Shown piece after piece: positions 22,766-32,372 of a stretch of DNA of 64,000 bases. Below the pieces are notes generated by a model. That model was not told the origin of the DNA. It did no database searches and saw only the letters and a list, made by a program, of their open reading frames with translations. A program made the position numbers and the translations under genes. Positions within the stretch are counted from its first letter, which is position 1; each line of letters begins with the position of its first letter. Location: the NCBI GenBank assembly GCA_003521145.1, contig DOTL01000006.1:2018-66017 (forward strand). Reading direction: 5' to 3'. Source of the DNA: Streptococcus sp. (GTDB lineage Bacteria; Bacillota; Bacilli; Lactobacillales; Streptococcaceae).

Positions 22766-22955
22766 CAAAAAACCACATGCCAAAACTCCAACCCGGAGCG
22801 TTAACACGCGGTACCATCCGTTTTTATCTGGTTACCCAGACCTTGATTCGCCAGCCGTCTTCATGAGTGAATTCGCCAAACTTCCCTTGAGGAGGCTTCC
22901 AGTCCATGGCCCCCAATCCCTGTCAATTTCCATAAGGTTACTAGTCTCTACGACT
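22766..22955 (-). promoter_or_regulatory. T-box riboswitch with a Phe specifier
   Basis: T-box ACGGATGGTACCGCG (22807-22821); specifier loop GAA-TTC-ACT with TTC at 22869-22871; terminator-like stem and T run before pheS. Confidence 0.9.
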
Positions 22956-23045
22956 TCTATTCAATTACCATTTATTTTACCAAAAAAGCAAAAAGCTTTC
23001 AAGAGCTGACAAAGAATCCTTTAGTTAATACTAAAATGAAAAATA

Positions 23046-23106
23046 TGTCTAATATAATTGACACAACTATATAAACTTGCTACAATTTTGTCAGATAAAG
23101 TTGACA
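23046..23106 (+). promoter_or_regulatory. Sigma70 promoter with two TGTC-N10-GACA operators
   Basis: TTGACA (23058-23063), 17 bp, TGcTACAAT; palindromes at 23046-23063 and 23089-23106. Confidence 0.7.
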
Positions 23107-23162
23107 TAATTAATTGCTACTTACAGTAACACATTAGCTTGTCTTTCAGAAGGAGGCCCATT

Positions 23163-23360
23163 ATGAATCATGTCAGGGAATTTAGAAAGAATATGGGGCT
23201 TTCGCAATTAGAACTCGCAAAATCAATTGGAGTTTCCCGACAGACTATTAATATGATCGAAAATAACAAATATAACCCGACACTAGAGCTCTGCCTTTAT
23301 CTAGCTAAAGCTCTAGATACGGATCTTAACAGTCTCTTTTGGGATGGAAATTGCGAATAG
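23163..23360 (+). CDS. XRE/Cro-CI family HTH regulator
   Basis: LSQLELAKSIGVSRQTINMIENNKYNPTL; AGGAGG RBS. Confidence 0.9.
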   Translation: MNHVREFRKNMGLSQLELAKSIGVSRQTINMIENNKYNPTLELCLYLAKALDTDLNSLFWDGNCE

Positions 23361-23386
23361 AGATATAAGATAGAAAGAGGTAAATC

Positions 23387-23929
23387 ATGGTTAAAGAAAC
23401 TTTCACTGACAAACTTATCAAACGTTTTTACGGTATCACAGGTCCTTTAGATGAACAAAAGCGCCAACAGGTCGATCGAATGGGTAACATAGCTTTCGTA
23501 GTTCTTTTCTTTACTTTGCTTTTTGGTAATTGTATTGCCTTTCTTCTAAGCTTTAAGTACCCTGAACTTGTGGCCCGTGTTTATCCTATCCTACTTTTGA
23601 TTATCATTTGGGTAGTTGGTAGCATCCTTACTTATAAGTTTAAAATGAGTGCTGTAAACGCTATTGACGAGGAAGAACTGACTGAAAAAGAGCAAAAGCA
23701 ACTTAAACATGTGGGACTTAAGTCAGGTTTATACTTTGGCCTTGGCATGTTCTTAGGCATGCCCCTAGTTCACTTCTTAGTTGATCATAAAGACTATTTT
23801 ACAGAATTATTCTCATTCCGTAATATGCTATCTGGCATTTTTGAAGCTATCCTTTTTGGGGCTATCATGCAGGGCTTAGTAAATGCCCGTATCAAACAAG
23901 CCAAATCTCAAGCTGAAAAAGATGACTAA
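23387..23929 (+). CDS. DUF3278-like membrane protein
   Basis: KLIKRFYGITGPLDE N-terminus; four hydrophobic segments. Confidence 0.75.
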   Translation: MVKETFTDKLIKRFYGITGPLDEQKRQQVDRMGNIAFVVLFFTLLFGNCIAFLLSFKYPELVARVYPILLLIIIWVVGSILTYKFKMSAVNAIDEEELTEKEQKQLKHVGLKSGLYFGLGMFLGMPLVHFLVDHKDYFTELFSFRNMLSGIFEAILFGAIMQGLVNARIKQAKSQAEKDD

Positions 23930-23945
23930 TAAACTCAAAAAGACA

Positions 23946-23977
23946 AAAAAATCCAGGTTTCCTATCCTGGATTTTTT
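23946..23977. terminator. Bidirectional terminator
   Basis: AAAAAATCCAGG-TTTCCTAT-CCTGGATTTTTT. Confidence 0.8.
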
Positions 23978-24324
23978 GCTCGAAAGAAAACTTCTTAGAC
24001 TTGTATATGCTAAGCCTAATGTGTCAAGAAAATCGTATCTTAACACATACACTATAACTAACTTCAAAAAACACCATATCCCCATATGACATTTCCTTAA
24101 ATATTGTAACATAACAGTGGGAAATGACAAGTCGCCCTCTCTCTCATAAACCCTAAAATCCTAATCAAAGCCTTTATTATATTATTTCACGCAATCGATT
24201 ACGTAATTTTGAAAGCGCAAACTTTATTTTTTTCTGAAATTATTTGCAATTTTTTTGAGACTATGAAAAAAGATAGTGATAAATCTATCAACTATCTTTC
24301 ATGAAAATATAATCTATTTTTAGT

Positions 24325-27300
24325 CTAATCAAGGTCCTTCAGTTTGACCGAAACGATTTTAGAGACACCTGATTCCTGCATGGTTACCCCATAAATAGAG
24401 TCTGCTGCAGACATCGTTCCCTTACGGTGAGTAACCACTATAAACTGACTAGACTTGTCAAAACGATTAAGGTAGTCACCGAAGCGTTTAACATTGGCTT
24501 CATCCAAAGCTGCTTCTACTTCGTCTAGGATAACAAATGGAATGGTCTTAACACGAATGATGGCAAAGAGAAGGGCCAGAGCTGACAAGGCCTTCTCACC
24601 ACCAGACATAAGGTTAAGTGATTGAATTTTCTTACCTGGTGGCTGAACAGAAATTTCTACTCCAGCCTCTAGGAGATTATCTGAGGTCAAAATCAAGTCT
24701 GCAGAACCTCCACCAAACATCTGGGTAAAGGTCTGTTTAAAGCTTTCTCGGATAGCCTCAAAGGTTGTTTTAAAGCGTGATTTCACTTCATCATCCATAT
24801 CATTAATGGTATTCAGGAGGAGACTCTTAGCTTCGAGCAAATCATCCTTTTGACCGTTCAAGAAATCTAGACGTTGCTTAACCTCTTCAAATTGGGCAAT
24901 AGCATCCACATTGACCGGACCCAAAGCTTTAATCGAACGCTCAAGACCTTGCAGATTCTGGCGGGCTTGTTCGACATTGTCAAGAGGGCTAACCTGACCT
25001 TTGGCTGCTTCGAGCGTCATCTGATAATCTTCAGCCAACTGAGTCGCAAACTTACGAAGTGATTGACTAATCTGACTTTCACGTTCTTCCAAGCGAGTCT
25101 GCTGACGAATCAAGTCCTCATTTCGATTACCAGCTTTAGCCAAACGTTCCTCCAAGTCTTCCAACTGACCTTCGTAATCTTGCACCTGAATCTTGGCACG
25201 GACAAGAGCTTGTTCCAAATCATCTTTACGTTGGACAGCTTCTTTATGCTGTGCTTGCAAATCCGGAAGGCGGTCAGTTTGGTCTTCATCAACCTGGCTG
25301 TTAATAAGCGCCTTAAGACTCTCTGATTCCTTCATTAACTCAGACAAGTCGGCTTGAAGACGATTGCTCTCTGTCTTAGCGAAACGTAATTCTGCCTGTA
25401 AGTCACGTTCCTTCAACTGAAGTTCAGATTGCTTGTCTAAGAGTACTTGTTTTTGTTGACCAAGAGCATCTTTGTCTTCCTTAATGGCCTCAATGCGGTC
25501 GTTAATGGCCTCACGCTTGGATGCAATTTGGGCTAACTCAGCTTTAAGTTGTTCAGCCTTATCATGAAGATTTGATTCATCAGTTCCCTGAGAATCCTGT
25601 TTGAAACTATCCACTAGGGTTTGATTTTTCTCCACCTCTGACAAGGCTTGTTGATGTTCCAAACCCAGTTTTTGCTCTTGCAGACGAGCATTTTCCCCAT
25701 CTACTTTAAAATCATCGAGTTCTTTCTCTAGAGCCTTACGTTTGATTTTAAGGGTTTCAACTTTGGCTTCACTACCACTTAACTGAGCCTTGATCTGATT
25801 AATTTCAGCAGTCAATGCATCCAGTTCAGGCTTGATAAAGAAATTATTATTTTGTTTGTTGGTACCACCAGCAAAGGCACCACCGGGACGAATCTCAGAC
25901 CCATCAAGAGTAACCATACGTACTTGGAAACGAACCGCTAGAGCCGCCTTATTGGCATTGTCAATGGTATCAAAGATTGCCGTAAACCCTAGGAGGTTTT
26001 GGAAAATATTAGATAAGCGATCCCCATAGGTAACCAAATCGGAAGCCATACCAATAAATCCTGGTGCATTGGCAAGACTTTGAGCAAATTGTCCGTTAAG
26101 TTGACGCGGTTTAATAGTGGTCAACGGCAAGAATGTCGCACGACCCTGACGATTGCGCTTCAAGTAGTCAATCGAACGCTTAGCAGCCGCTTCGTCCTCA
26201 ACAATAATATTTTGCCCGCTAGCTCCCATAGCAACTTCAAGAGCTGTCTGATAACGCGTATCAAAGGTCAAGTGTTCACTGACAGCACCAATAATTCCCT
26301 GAATAGACTGGGCATTTTGAAGGACAGCTTTAACCCCTGCATAGAAATTAGAATGATTTTTTTGAATAGATTCAAGACTTTGACGACGTGCATCTTTACT
26401 TTTAAGGTGATCCATGAGGTCAAACATCTGCTTTTGAGCCTCTTGATAGTCCTTATCAATAGCTTGATAAGTCTGAGCCTTTTCTTTGTAGCTAGCTAGG
26501 AGGCTTTGAAGACTGGCTTGGGCTGCTTGATAAGCTTTTTGGGCTTCGCTAGCCACCTCTTGAGCGGAAAGCAAGTCTGCCTGAGCTTGTTTATATTCTT
26601 CAGCTTGTGCCTCAAGCGCTTGTGTCTGACTGTCCATGTCGTGAGTGACCTGAGTCAGACTGTTGGAAACCTTGGCTTCCTCCTGCATCAGACCAACATA
26701 GTCCTCACGTAAACGTTCAATAAGCGTATCTGGATCATCAGAAAATTGCTCCAGTTCTTTTTGAATAGCAATCAGCTCTTGGGTAAGATTATCCAACTCA
26801 GCATTCAATTCAACTTGGCCTTGATTAACCTTATCAAGTGATGCCTGAGCTTCTTCTTTCAAATACTCTAACTCCCTGAGACGAGCTTCAGTTTCTTCTT
26901 TTTTCTCTGAACGCTGCTGACTCTCCATGGTAAAAAGATCAATTTGGCGCTCAAAGTCACTAATAAGACGTGTGACATCCACTAAGGTTTGTTGGTCAGA
27001 AGAAATTTGTTCTGAAATTAGATGGCGTTTTTGTTTGAGTTCTTGATTCTCAGTCTCTAAACGCTGGCGTTCCTCATAATAGCTGGTTAATTTTTCCTTG
27101 ACCTCTGCCAAATCCTCTTGAGTCTGGCTCAACTCAGACTTACCAACTTCAATATCGTGGACCAAAAGATTAAGCTGGGTTTGTCTACGCTCTTCATCTA
27201 ATTCCAAGTAATGTTTAGCTGTGGCTGCTTGCTTTTCAAGGGGTTTAACCTGACTATCTAGCTCGTAGATGATATCTTCCAATCGATCAAGATTATCCTG

Positions 27301-27852
27301 GGTTTGATTAAGCTTGCTTTCGGTTTCTTTCTTACGTGTCTTATATTTGAGAACCCCTGCGGCTTCTTCGAAAATAGCGCGACGCTCTTCAGGTTTGGCA
27401 TTAAAAATAGCCTCAACACGACCTTGGGAAATAATGGAAAAAGAATCACGCCCCAGACCGGTATCCATGAAAAGGTCATGAATATCACGCAGACGAACCT
27501 TGCGACCGTCAATCAAGTAATCATTGTCACCGTTTCGATAAATGTGGCGTTCCACACGGATGGTTTCGCCAGCACCTGCGATAAAACCGTCACTGTTATC
27601 CAGTGTGACCGCTACTACTGCAAAGTTGAGAGCCTTACGAACCTCTGTCCCTGCAAAAATAACGTCAGGCATCTTGCCCCCACGCAAACTCTTAGCAGAG
27701 GATTCGCCCAGTGCCCAGCGTAGACTCTCTGTAATATTTGATTTTCCCGATCCATTTGGACCTACAACAGCTGTTACTCCCTTGTCAAAGACGACTTGCG
27801 TCTTGTCCGCAAAGGATTTAAAGCCCTGCATTTCAATTGATTTCAAATACAT
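24325..27852 (-). CDS. smc: Chromosome segregation protein SMC
   Basis: GPNGSGKSN, hinge GRATFLPL, MSGGEK and LDEVEAALD motifs. Confidence 0.98.
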   Translation of the reverse strand: MYLKSIEMQGFKSFADKTQVVFDKGVTAVVGPNGSGKSNITESLRWALGESSAKSLRGGKMPDVIFAGTEVRKALNFAVVAVTLDNSDGFIAGAGETIRVERHIYRNGDNDYLIDGRKVRLRDIHDLFMDTGLGRDSFSIISQGRVEAIFNAKPEERRAIFEEAAGVLKYKTRKKETESKLNQTQDNLDRLEDIIYELDSQVKPLEKQAATAKHYLELDEERRQTQLNLLVHDIEVGKSELSQTQEDLAEVKEKLTSYYEERQRLETENQELKQKRHLISEQISSDQQTLVDVTRLISDFERQIDLFTMESQQRSEKKEETEARLRELEYLKEEAQASLDKVNQGQVELNAELDNLTQELIAIQKELEQFSDDPDTLIERLREDYVGLMQEEAKVSNSLTQVTHDMDSQTQALEAQAEEYKQAQADLLSAQEVASEAQKAYQAAQASLQSLLASYKEKAQTYQAIDKDYQEAQKQMFDLMDHLKSKDARRQSLESIQKNHSNFYAGVKAVLQNAQSIQGIIGAVSEHLTFDTRYQTALEVAMGASGQNIIVEDEAAAKRSIDYLKRNRQGRATFLPLTTIKPRQLNGQFAQSLANAPGFIGMASDLVTYGDRLSNIFQNLLGFTAIFDTIDNANKAALAVRFQVRMVTLDGSEIRPGGAFAGGTNKQNNNFFIKPELDALTAEINQIKAQLSGSEAKVETLKIKRKALEKELDDFKVDGENARLQEQKLGLEHQQALSEVEKNQTLVDSFKQDSQGTDESNLHDKAEQLKAELAQIASKREAINDRIEAIKEDKDALGQQKQVLLDKQSELQLKERDLQAELRFAKTESNRLQADLSELMKESESLKALINSQVDEDQTDRLPDLQAQHKEAVQRKDDLEQALVRAKIQVQDYEGQLEDLEERLAKAGNRNEDLIRQQTRLEERESQISQSLRKFATQLAEDYQMTLEAAKGQVSPLDNVEQARQNLQGLERSIKALGPVNVDAIAQFEEVKQRLDFLNGQKDDLLEAKSLLLNTINDMDDEVKSRFKTTFEAIRESFKQTFTQMFGGGSADLILTSDNLLEAGVEISVQPPGKKIQSLNLMSGGEKALSALALLFAIIRVKTIPFVILDEVEAALDEANVKRFGDYLNRFDKSSQFIVVTHRKGTMSAADSIYGVTMQESGVSKIVSVKLKDLD

Positions 27853-27854
27853 GC

Positions 27855-28544
27855 TTAATTTCCTAGTTGTTCAAGGGCAGCCTTAGCCGCTGCCTGTTCA
27901 GCTAATTTCTTAGATTTTCCAAGACCTGTGCTGAGTTCCTTACCATCAACAGCTACCTGCATAGTAAATTCTTTGGCATGAGCTGGTCCAGACTCGTCGA
28001 TAACGGTATAAGTAATCTCAACTGTACCATTGACCTGAAGACGCTCTTGCAAGGCTGTCTTATAGTCTGTTACACGGTCAAAGTTTCCCTTTTCAACCTG
28101 AGGAATCATGACCTGATTCAAGAATTTCTCAACTGCAGGCAACCCTTGATCCAAATAAAGGGCACCGAGGAAGGCCTCCCAGAGGTCACCAAGGATAGTG
28201 GCACGTTCACGTCCACCAGATTTTTCTTCCCCTTTACCAAGACGAATATACTGTTCGAAACCGCAAGCCTTTGTAAAACCAGCCAAACTTTCTTCACGAA
28301 CGATAGTACTACGCATCTTAGACATTTCCCCCTCTGGCTTGTTAGGGTAGCGATTGTAAAGATAAACAGAAATGACTAATTGCAGAGCTGCGTCTCCTAA
28401 AAATTCCAAACGTTCATTATGTGAAATGTTTAGGAGGCGGTGCTCGTTGGCAAATGAGGTATGGGTAAATGCTGTTTCTAAGAGGTCTTTTTGGCTAAAA
28501 ACAATACCAAAATCCTGCTCAAGTTTTTGTTCAAGTTGATTCAT
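27855..28544 (-). CDS. rnc: Ribonuclease III
   Basis: NERLEFLGD signature plus a dsRBD; ATG at 28544 with GAAAGGAAG RBS. Confidence 0.97.
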   Translation of the reverse strand: MNQLEQKLEQDFGIVFSQKDLLETAFTHTSFANEHRLLNISHNERLEFLGDAALQLVISVYLYNRYPNKPEGEMSKMRSTIVREESLAGFTKACGFEQYIRLGKGEEKSGGRERATILGDLWEAFLGALYLDQGLPAVEKFLNQVMIPQVEKGNFDRVTDYKTALQERLQVNGTVEITYTVIDESGPAHAKEFTMQVAVDGKELSTGLGKSKKLAEQAAAKAALEQLGN

Positions 28545-28694
28545 AAAACTTCCTTTCTTTTTAAGCACACTAACTATAATTATATCAAAAAAAGCCAATT
28601 TTCATGATAGAAAACTGCTTTTGACCCTATATCATTTTGTGAGATTTAACCTATTCAACTAAAAAAGCTGAGCAAGCTGCTCAACTTCATTTCC

Positions 28695-29630
28695 TCAATA
28701 ATCTGGACGAACAACACCAGTAACTGTCTCACGTGTTGCTTCGACATCTTCTTCAAGGACAACCTTGATGATACGTTTAGCTTCTTCTGAAGTACATGCA
28801 ACCAATGGCAAACGAAGTGGCCCGACTTCGAAACCAAGATGGTTAAGAACAGCCTTAACAGGTGCAGGACTTGGTACTGAGAAGAGAGCGTTAACTTTAG
28901 GAATGAATTTACGTTGGATAGCTACTGCTGTCTTGAGATCACTATTTTCAATAGCTTCAAGCATGGCGTGCATCTCATCACCATTTGTATGAGAGGCTAC
29001 TGAGATGACACCGTTAGCTCCAAGGTTCATGGCGTGGAAGGCATCCCCATCTTCACCAGTATAAACCAAGAAATCTTCAGGTTTATGTTCGATAAGGTAG
29101 GCCATATTAGCAAGGCTAGTACATTCTTTAACACCAATGATATTTGGATGTTCAGCCAAACGAAGCATGGTATCAGGAGCAATTTCAACAACTACACGAC
29201 CAGGGATGTTGTAGATGATAATTGGCAAATCAGAAGCATCCGCAATGGCTTTGAAGTGTTGGTACATACCTTCTTGTGATGGCTTGTTGTAGTAAGGCAC
29301 GATAGAAAGACCAGCTGCAAAACCACCAAATTTGGCAACTTCTTTAGCAAACTCGATAGAGTCGCGTGTATCGTTGGTACCGACACCAGCAATCAATGGC
29401 ACACGTCCATTAACGATTTTCTGCACAGCCGCAAAGAGTTCCAACTCCTCATCGTGAGTAAGTGTTGGACTTTCAGCTGTTGTCCCCGCCAAAAGAAGAG
29501 CTTCTGTATGGTGAGCCAAAAGATGCTCAATCAATTCTGGAAGGGCATCGTAATTGATAGAGCCATCTTCGTGGAAAGGTGTAATAAGGGCTGTAATCAG
29601 TTTGACATCTCTTAATTGATCAATTGACAT
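28695..29630 (-). CDS. dapA: 4-hydroxy-tetrahydrodipicolinate synthase
   Basis: GTTAES, PYYNKP, YNIPGR and GVKEC motifs. Confidence 0.96.
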   Translation of the reverse strand: MSIDQLRDVKLITALITPFHEDGSINYDALPELIEHLLAHHTEALLLAGTTAESPTLTHDEELELFAAVQKIVNGRVPLIAGVGTNDTRDSIEFAKEVAKFGGFAAGLSIVPYYNKPSQEGMYQHFKAIADASDLPIIIYNIPGRVVVEIAPDTMLRLAEHPNIIGVKECTSLANMAYLIEHKPEDFLVYTGEDGDAFHAMNLGANGVISVASHTNGDEMHAMLEAIENSDLKTAVAIQRKFIPKVNALFSVPSPAPVKAVLNHLGFEVGPLRLPLVACTSEEAKRIIKVVLEEDVEATRETVTGVVRPDY

Positions 29631-29831
29631 AATATTCTCCTTCAAACGTTTTCTAATCCTTTCCATTTTACCATAAGTTTGACCAGACAGACAGATAAGT
29701 TCTCAATTTTCTGAAAACGCGAGGACTGACTTTTTCAATGTGATAGCCACTAAAGAAAAAACAGAGAGATATGTCTCCCTGTTTAATTGGAATCAGCTTT
29801 ACATTAGTATTTGAATACAACACTAAAACAG

Positions 29832-30005
29832 TACTGATTTCTGAATCGTGAAGCAGTGGTTGACTGGAACTACTCATGTTAGTAACATTCGTACTTCCTA
29901 ATCAACTGTGCGGGGGGAGTATAAAAGTCCTGTGGACTTTTATGGCCTGAGCCTTAAATTATAAAAGCGAAGGAGAAATCAAAATCTTCGAGTTACTGAT
30001 TTCTG
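29832..30005. repeat. Hairpin-rich intergenic element flanked by 12-bp direct repeats
   Basis: TACTGATTTCTG at 29832-29843 and 29994-30005; internal ATAAAAGTCC-TGT-GGACTTTTAT stem. Confidence 0.55.
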
Positions 30006-30014
30006 TTTTGCTCC

Positions 30015-31091
30015 CTATTTCAATTCAAATTTCAATTCTGAAGTTGGGCGAACCAAACCACGTTCGTGAAGTGTTTCTGCGATTTGGACTGAGTTCCAAG
30101 CGGCACCTTTAAGGAGGTTATCTGAAACAACCCACATGTGAATACCTTTTTCAGCATCCAAGTCTTTACGGATACGTCCAACGAATGTATCACGTGAACC
30201 TACAGCGTTAACAGCTTGTGGGTAGACCTGGTTAGCAACGTCGTCTTCAAGAACTGCACCTGGAAATTCTGCAATAGCAGCTTTCAGTTCTTCAATCGGT
30301 GCCACTTCTTTTGTTTCAATATAGACTGACTCTGAGTGAGCTGACAAGACTGGAATACGCACACATGTTGCTGATACGGCAATTCTGTCATCTTCCATGA
30401 TTTTCTTAGTTTCGTTTGTCATCTTCATTTCTTCGTAAGTATAGTCATTTTCAGTGAAGACGTCGATTTGAGCCAAGGCGTTAAAGGCGATTGGGAAGTG
30501 TTTCTTATCACCACCACAAGGCAAGATCTCAGCTTTAACATCACGTGGGTTAACGCCGTTATTCAAAACTTCTTTCAACTCACGTTGTGTTTCAAGTATT
30601 GCTCCCATACCAGCACCTGATACGGCCTGGTAAGTTGACACGATGATACGATCCAATCCCCATTTTTGACGAACTGGCTCAAGTGCCACCATCATTTGGA
30701 TTGTTGAACAGTTAGGACAGGCGATAATACCGTTGTGAGCATCAAGCGCATGTGCATTAACCTCAGGTACCACCAAAGGTACATCCGGATTTTGACGGAA
30801 GTATGATGTATTATCAACGACTACTGCACCTGCTTTAACGGCGTATGGTGCATATTTAGCAGAGGTAGATCCACCAGCTGAGAAAAGTGCAATATCTACA
30901 CCTTCAAATGCGTCTTCAGTCGTTTCTTCGATTGTCACGTCTTGACCTTTAAATTGCAAGACTTTTCCTGCAGAACGAGCAGACGCAAGGTAGCGAATTT
31001 TATCGATTGGAAGTGTTGATTCTTCCAACATTTTGATCATTTGAGCACCAACGGCACCTGTAGCACCGACAACAGCAACTGTGTATCCCAT
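30015..31091 (-). CDS. asd: Aspartate-semialdehyde dehydrogenase
   Basis: GATGAVG, PNCST, QAVSGAG and DNLLKGAA motifs. Confidence 0.97.
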   Translation of the reverse strand: MGYTVAVVGATGAVGAQMIKMLEESTLPIDKIRYLASARSAGKVLQFKGQDVTIEETTEDAFEGVDIALFSAGGSTSAKYAPYAVKAGAVVVDNTSYFRQNPDVPLVVPEVNAHALDAHNGIIACPNCSTIQMMVALEPVRQKWGLDRIIVSTYQAVSGAGMGAILETQRELKEVLNNGVNPRDVKAEILPCGGDKKHFPIAFNALAQIDVFTENDYTYEEMKMTNETKKIMEDDRIAVSATCVRIPVLSAHSESVYIETKEVAPIEELKAAIAEFPGAVLEDDVANQVYPQAVNAVGSRDTFVGRIRKDLDAEKGIHMWVVSDNLLKGAAWNSVQIAETLHERGLVRPTSELKFELK

Positions 31092-31189
31092 AGTTAAACC
31101 TCTTTCGGAATTTTCTATCAATTTAGTTTAATGAATCTATTATACTACGTTTAAGTCCAGTTGAAAAGGGTAAAAAAGCCAAGAATAAA

Positions 31190-31341
31190 GAAAAATCCCC
31201 TACCAAACGGCAAGGGATAAGAGGCATCTTTCGATGAGAGTAGCAGGTTCACACAACTACTCAAGGTCCGCTCCTGCGTTACAATCTAATGTAGACCTCC
31301 TCAGCGCAAAAGGCTCTAAAGAGCCAATCGACTCATCGCAT
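31190..31341 (-). ncRNA. marS: asd RNA motif / MarS-like sRNA
   Basis: Own promoter (TTGACT-16-TAGAAT with extended TG) and terminator, upstream of asd; structured core GCGCTGAGGAGG...TAACGCAGGAGCGGACCTTG...GTGTGAACC. Confidence 0.75.
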
Positions 31342-31411
31342 GTTTCTATTCTAGCATATTGAACGACAGAGTCAAGTCATGAATACAATGGAAATATCTT
31401 AGCCATTTGGC

Positions 31412-32300
31412 TTACTTTCCATCATCAAGCCCATCTTTATAGCCACATAGGTATTCTGTTTTTTCTGAAGTTGTTGTGAATTTGCCAAAAAGAGTTGATT
31501 CCTTTGAGTATGAATCATAATTATCAATGCCTTTGTCGGCATCCGCAAAGCCATCCTGATAGTCCTTGGTATAAGCGTTATTATTCACTTTTGAATGGTA
31601 TGAATTTCCCATAGCAATGATAAGAACGTCCACTCATATACATCCAGAACCAGGGATTACGGATGACATCTTGTCGGTAATAACGGTCACGGGTTTGATA
31701 GTCGTCATTATTATCAAAAATACTTTTGGACTGTTCTTCTGAAAAATCATCATTTTGTTTGGAATACTTTTTGAGTGTCTCATCGTCACTAACATTTGCA
31801 CCTGGTTGAATGTTGGAACGTTCAGAGTCATTTAGCTCAGGAGATGACATCTTAGGCTTTGTGTATCCTGAATTTGTATCCAATTTTGACTTGCTAGAAC
31901 TGTTACCAGAAGAAGACTGACTGTCTGAATGGCTCTGACTGCTACTTGATTTGGTGCTATAATCAACGTCTGAACCCGAACTATGCGAGCTGCTAGAACT
32001 ATAAGTTTTACTAAATCCATCATAACTGTCATGATCACTACTTTACTTGTAACTCTTGCTAGAACCACTATCAGACTTATGTCCTTTTCCTGAATTGCCA
32101 TCAGAATGATGTCCCTTGCTAGAACCAAAACCAGATTTGGACCCACTTCTGCTACCTCTACTTGAAGAACGTGAACCACTACGTCTGCTTCGTAGAGCAA
32201 TTATATTTTCAGAAGTTTCTTGAGCTTTAATTTCTTATGCCGTTGTAAAAATTAGTCCTGACACCAAGGTCACCCCTAAGAGAGCCATTACTTTTTTCAT
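31412..32300 (-). pseudogene. Secreted Ser/Gly-rich low-complexity protein, disrupted
   Basis: Signal peptide MKKVMALLGVTLVSGLIFTTA, in-frame TAA at 32235-32237 and 32043-32045, frameshift near 31615. Confidence 0.75.
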
Positions 32301-32372
32301 TAAAAAATCCCCTTATTCATCTAATGGTCTTATTATACCATAGAACAAAAAAGGGGAAATTTATAAAAAAGA

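Noticed and set aside
24874..27886. Antisense and nested ORFs within smc (and similarly within gyrA, pheT, uvrC and others)
   Set aside because: They overlap well-supported genes and lack RBSs or recognisable motifs.
29668..29877. 69-aa ORF or lysine riboswitch between asd and dapA
   Set aside because: No RBS or protein motif, and I could not identify L-box consensus elements; better explained as repeat-derived sequence.
31832..32200. 122-aa Val/Leu-rich ORF as a membrane protein
   Set aside because: It is the shifted-frame shadow of the Ser-rich pseudogene and has no RBS.
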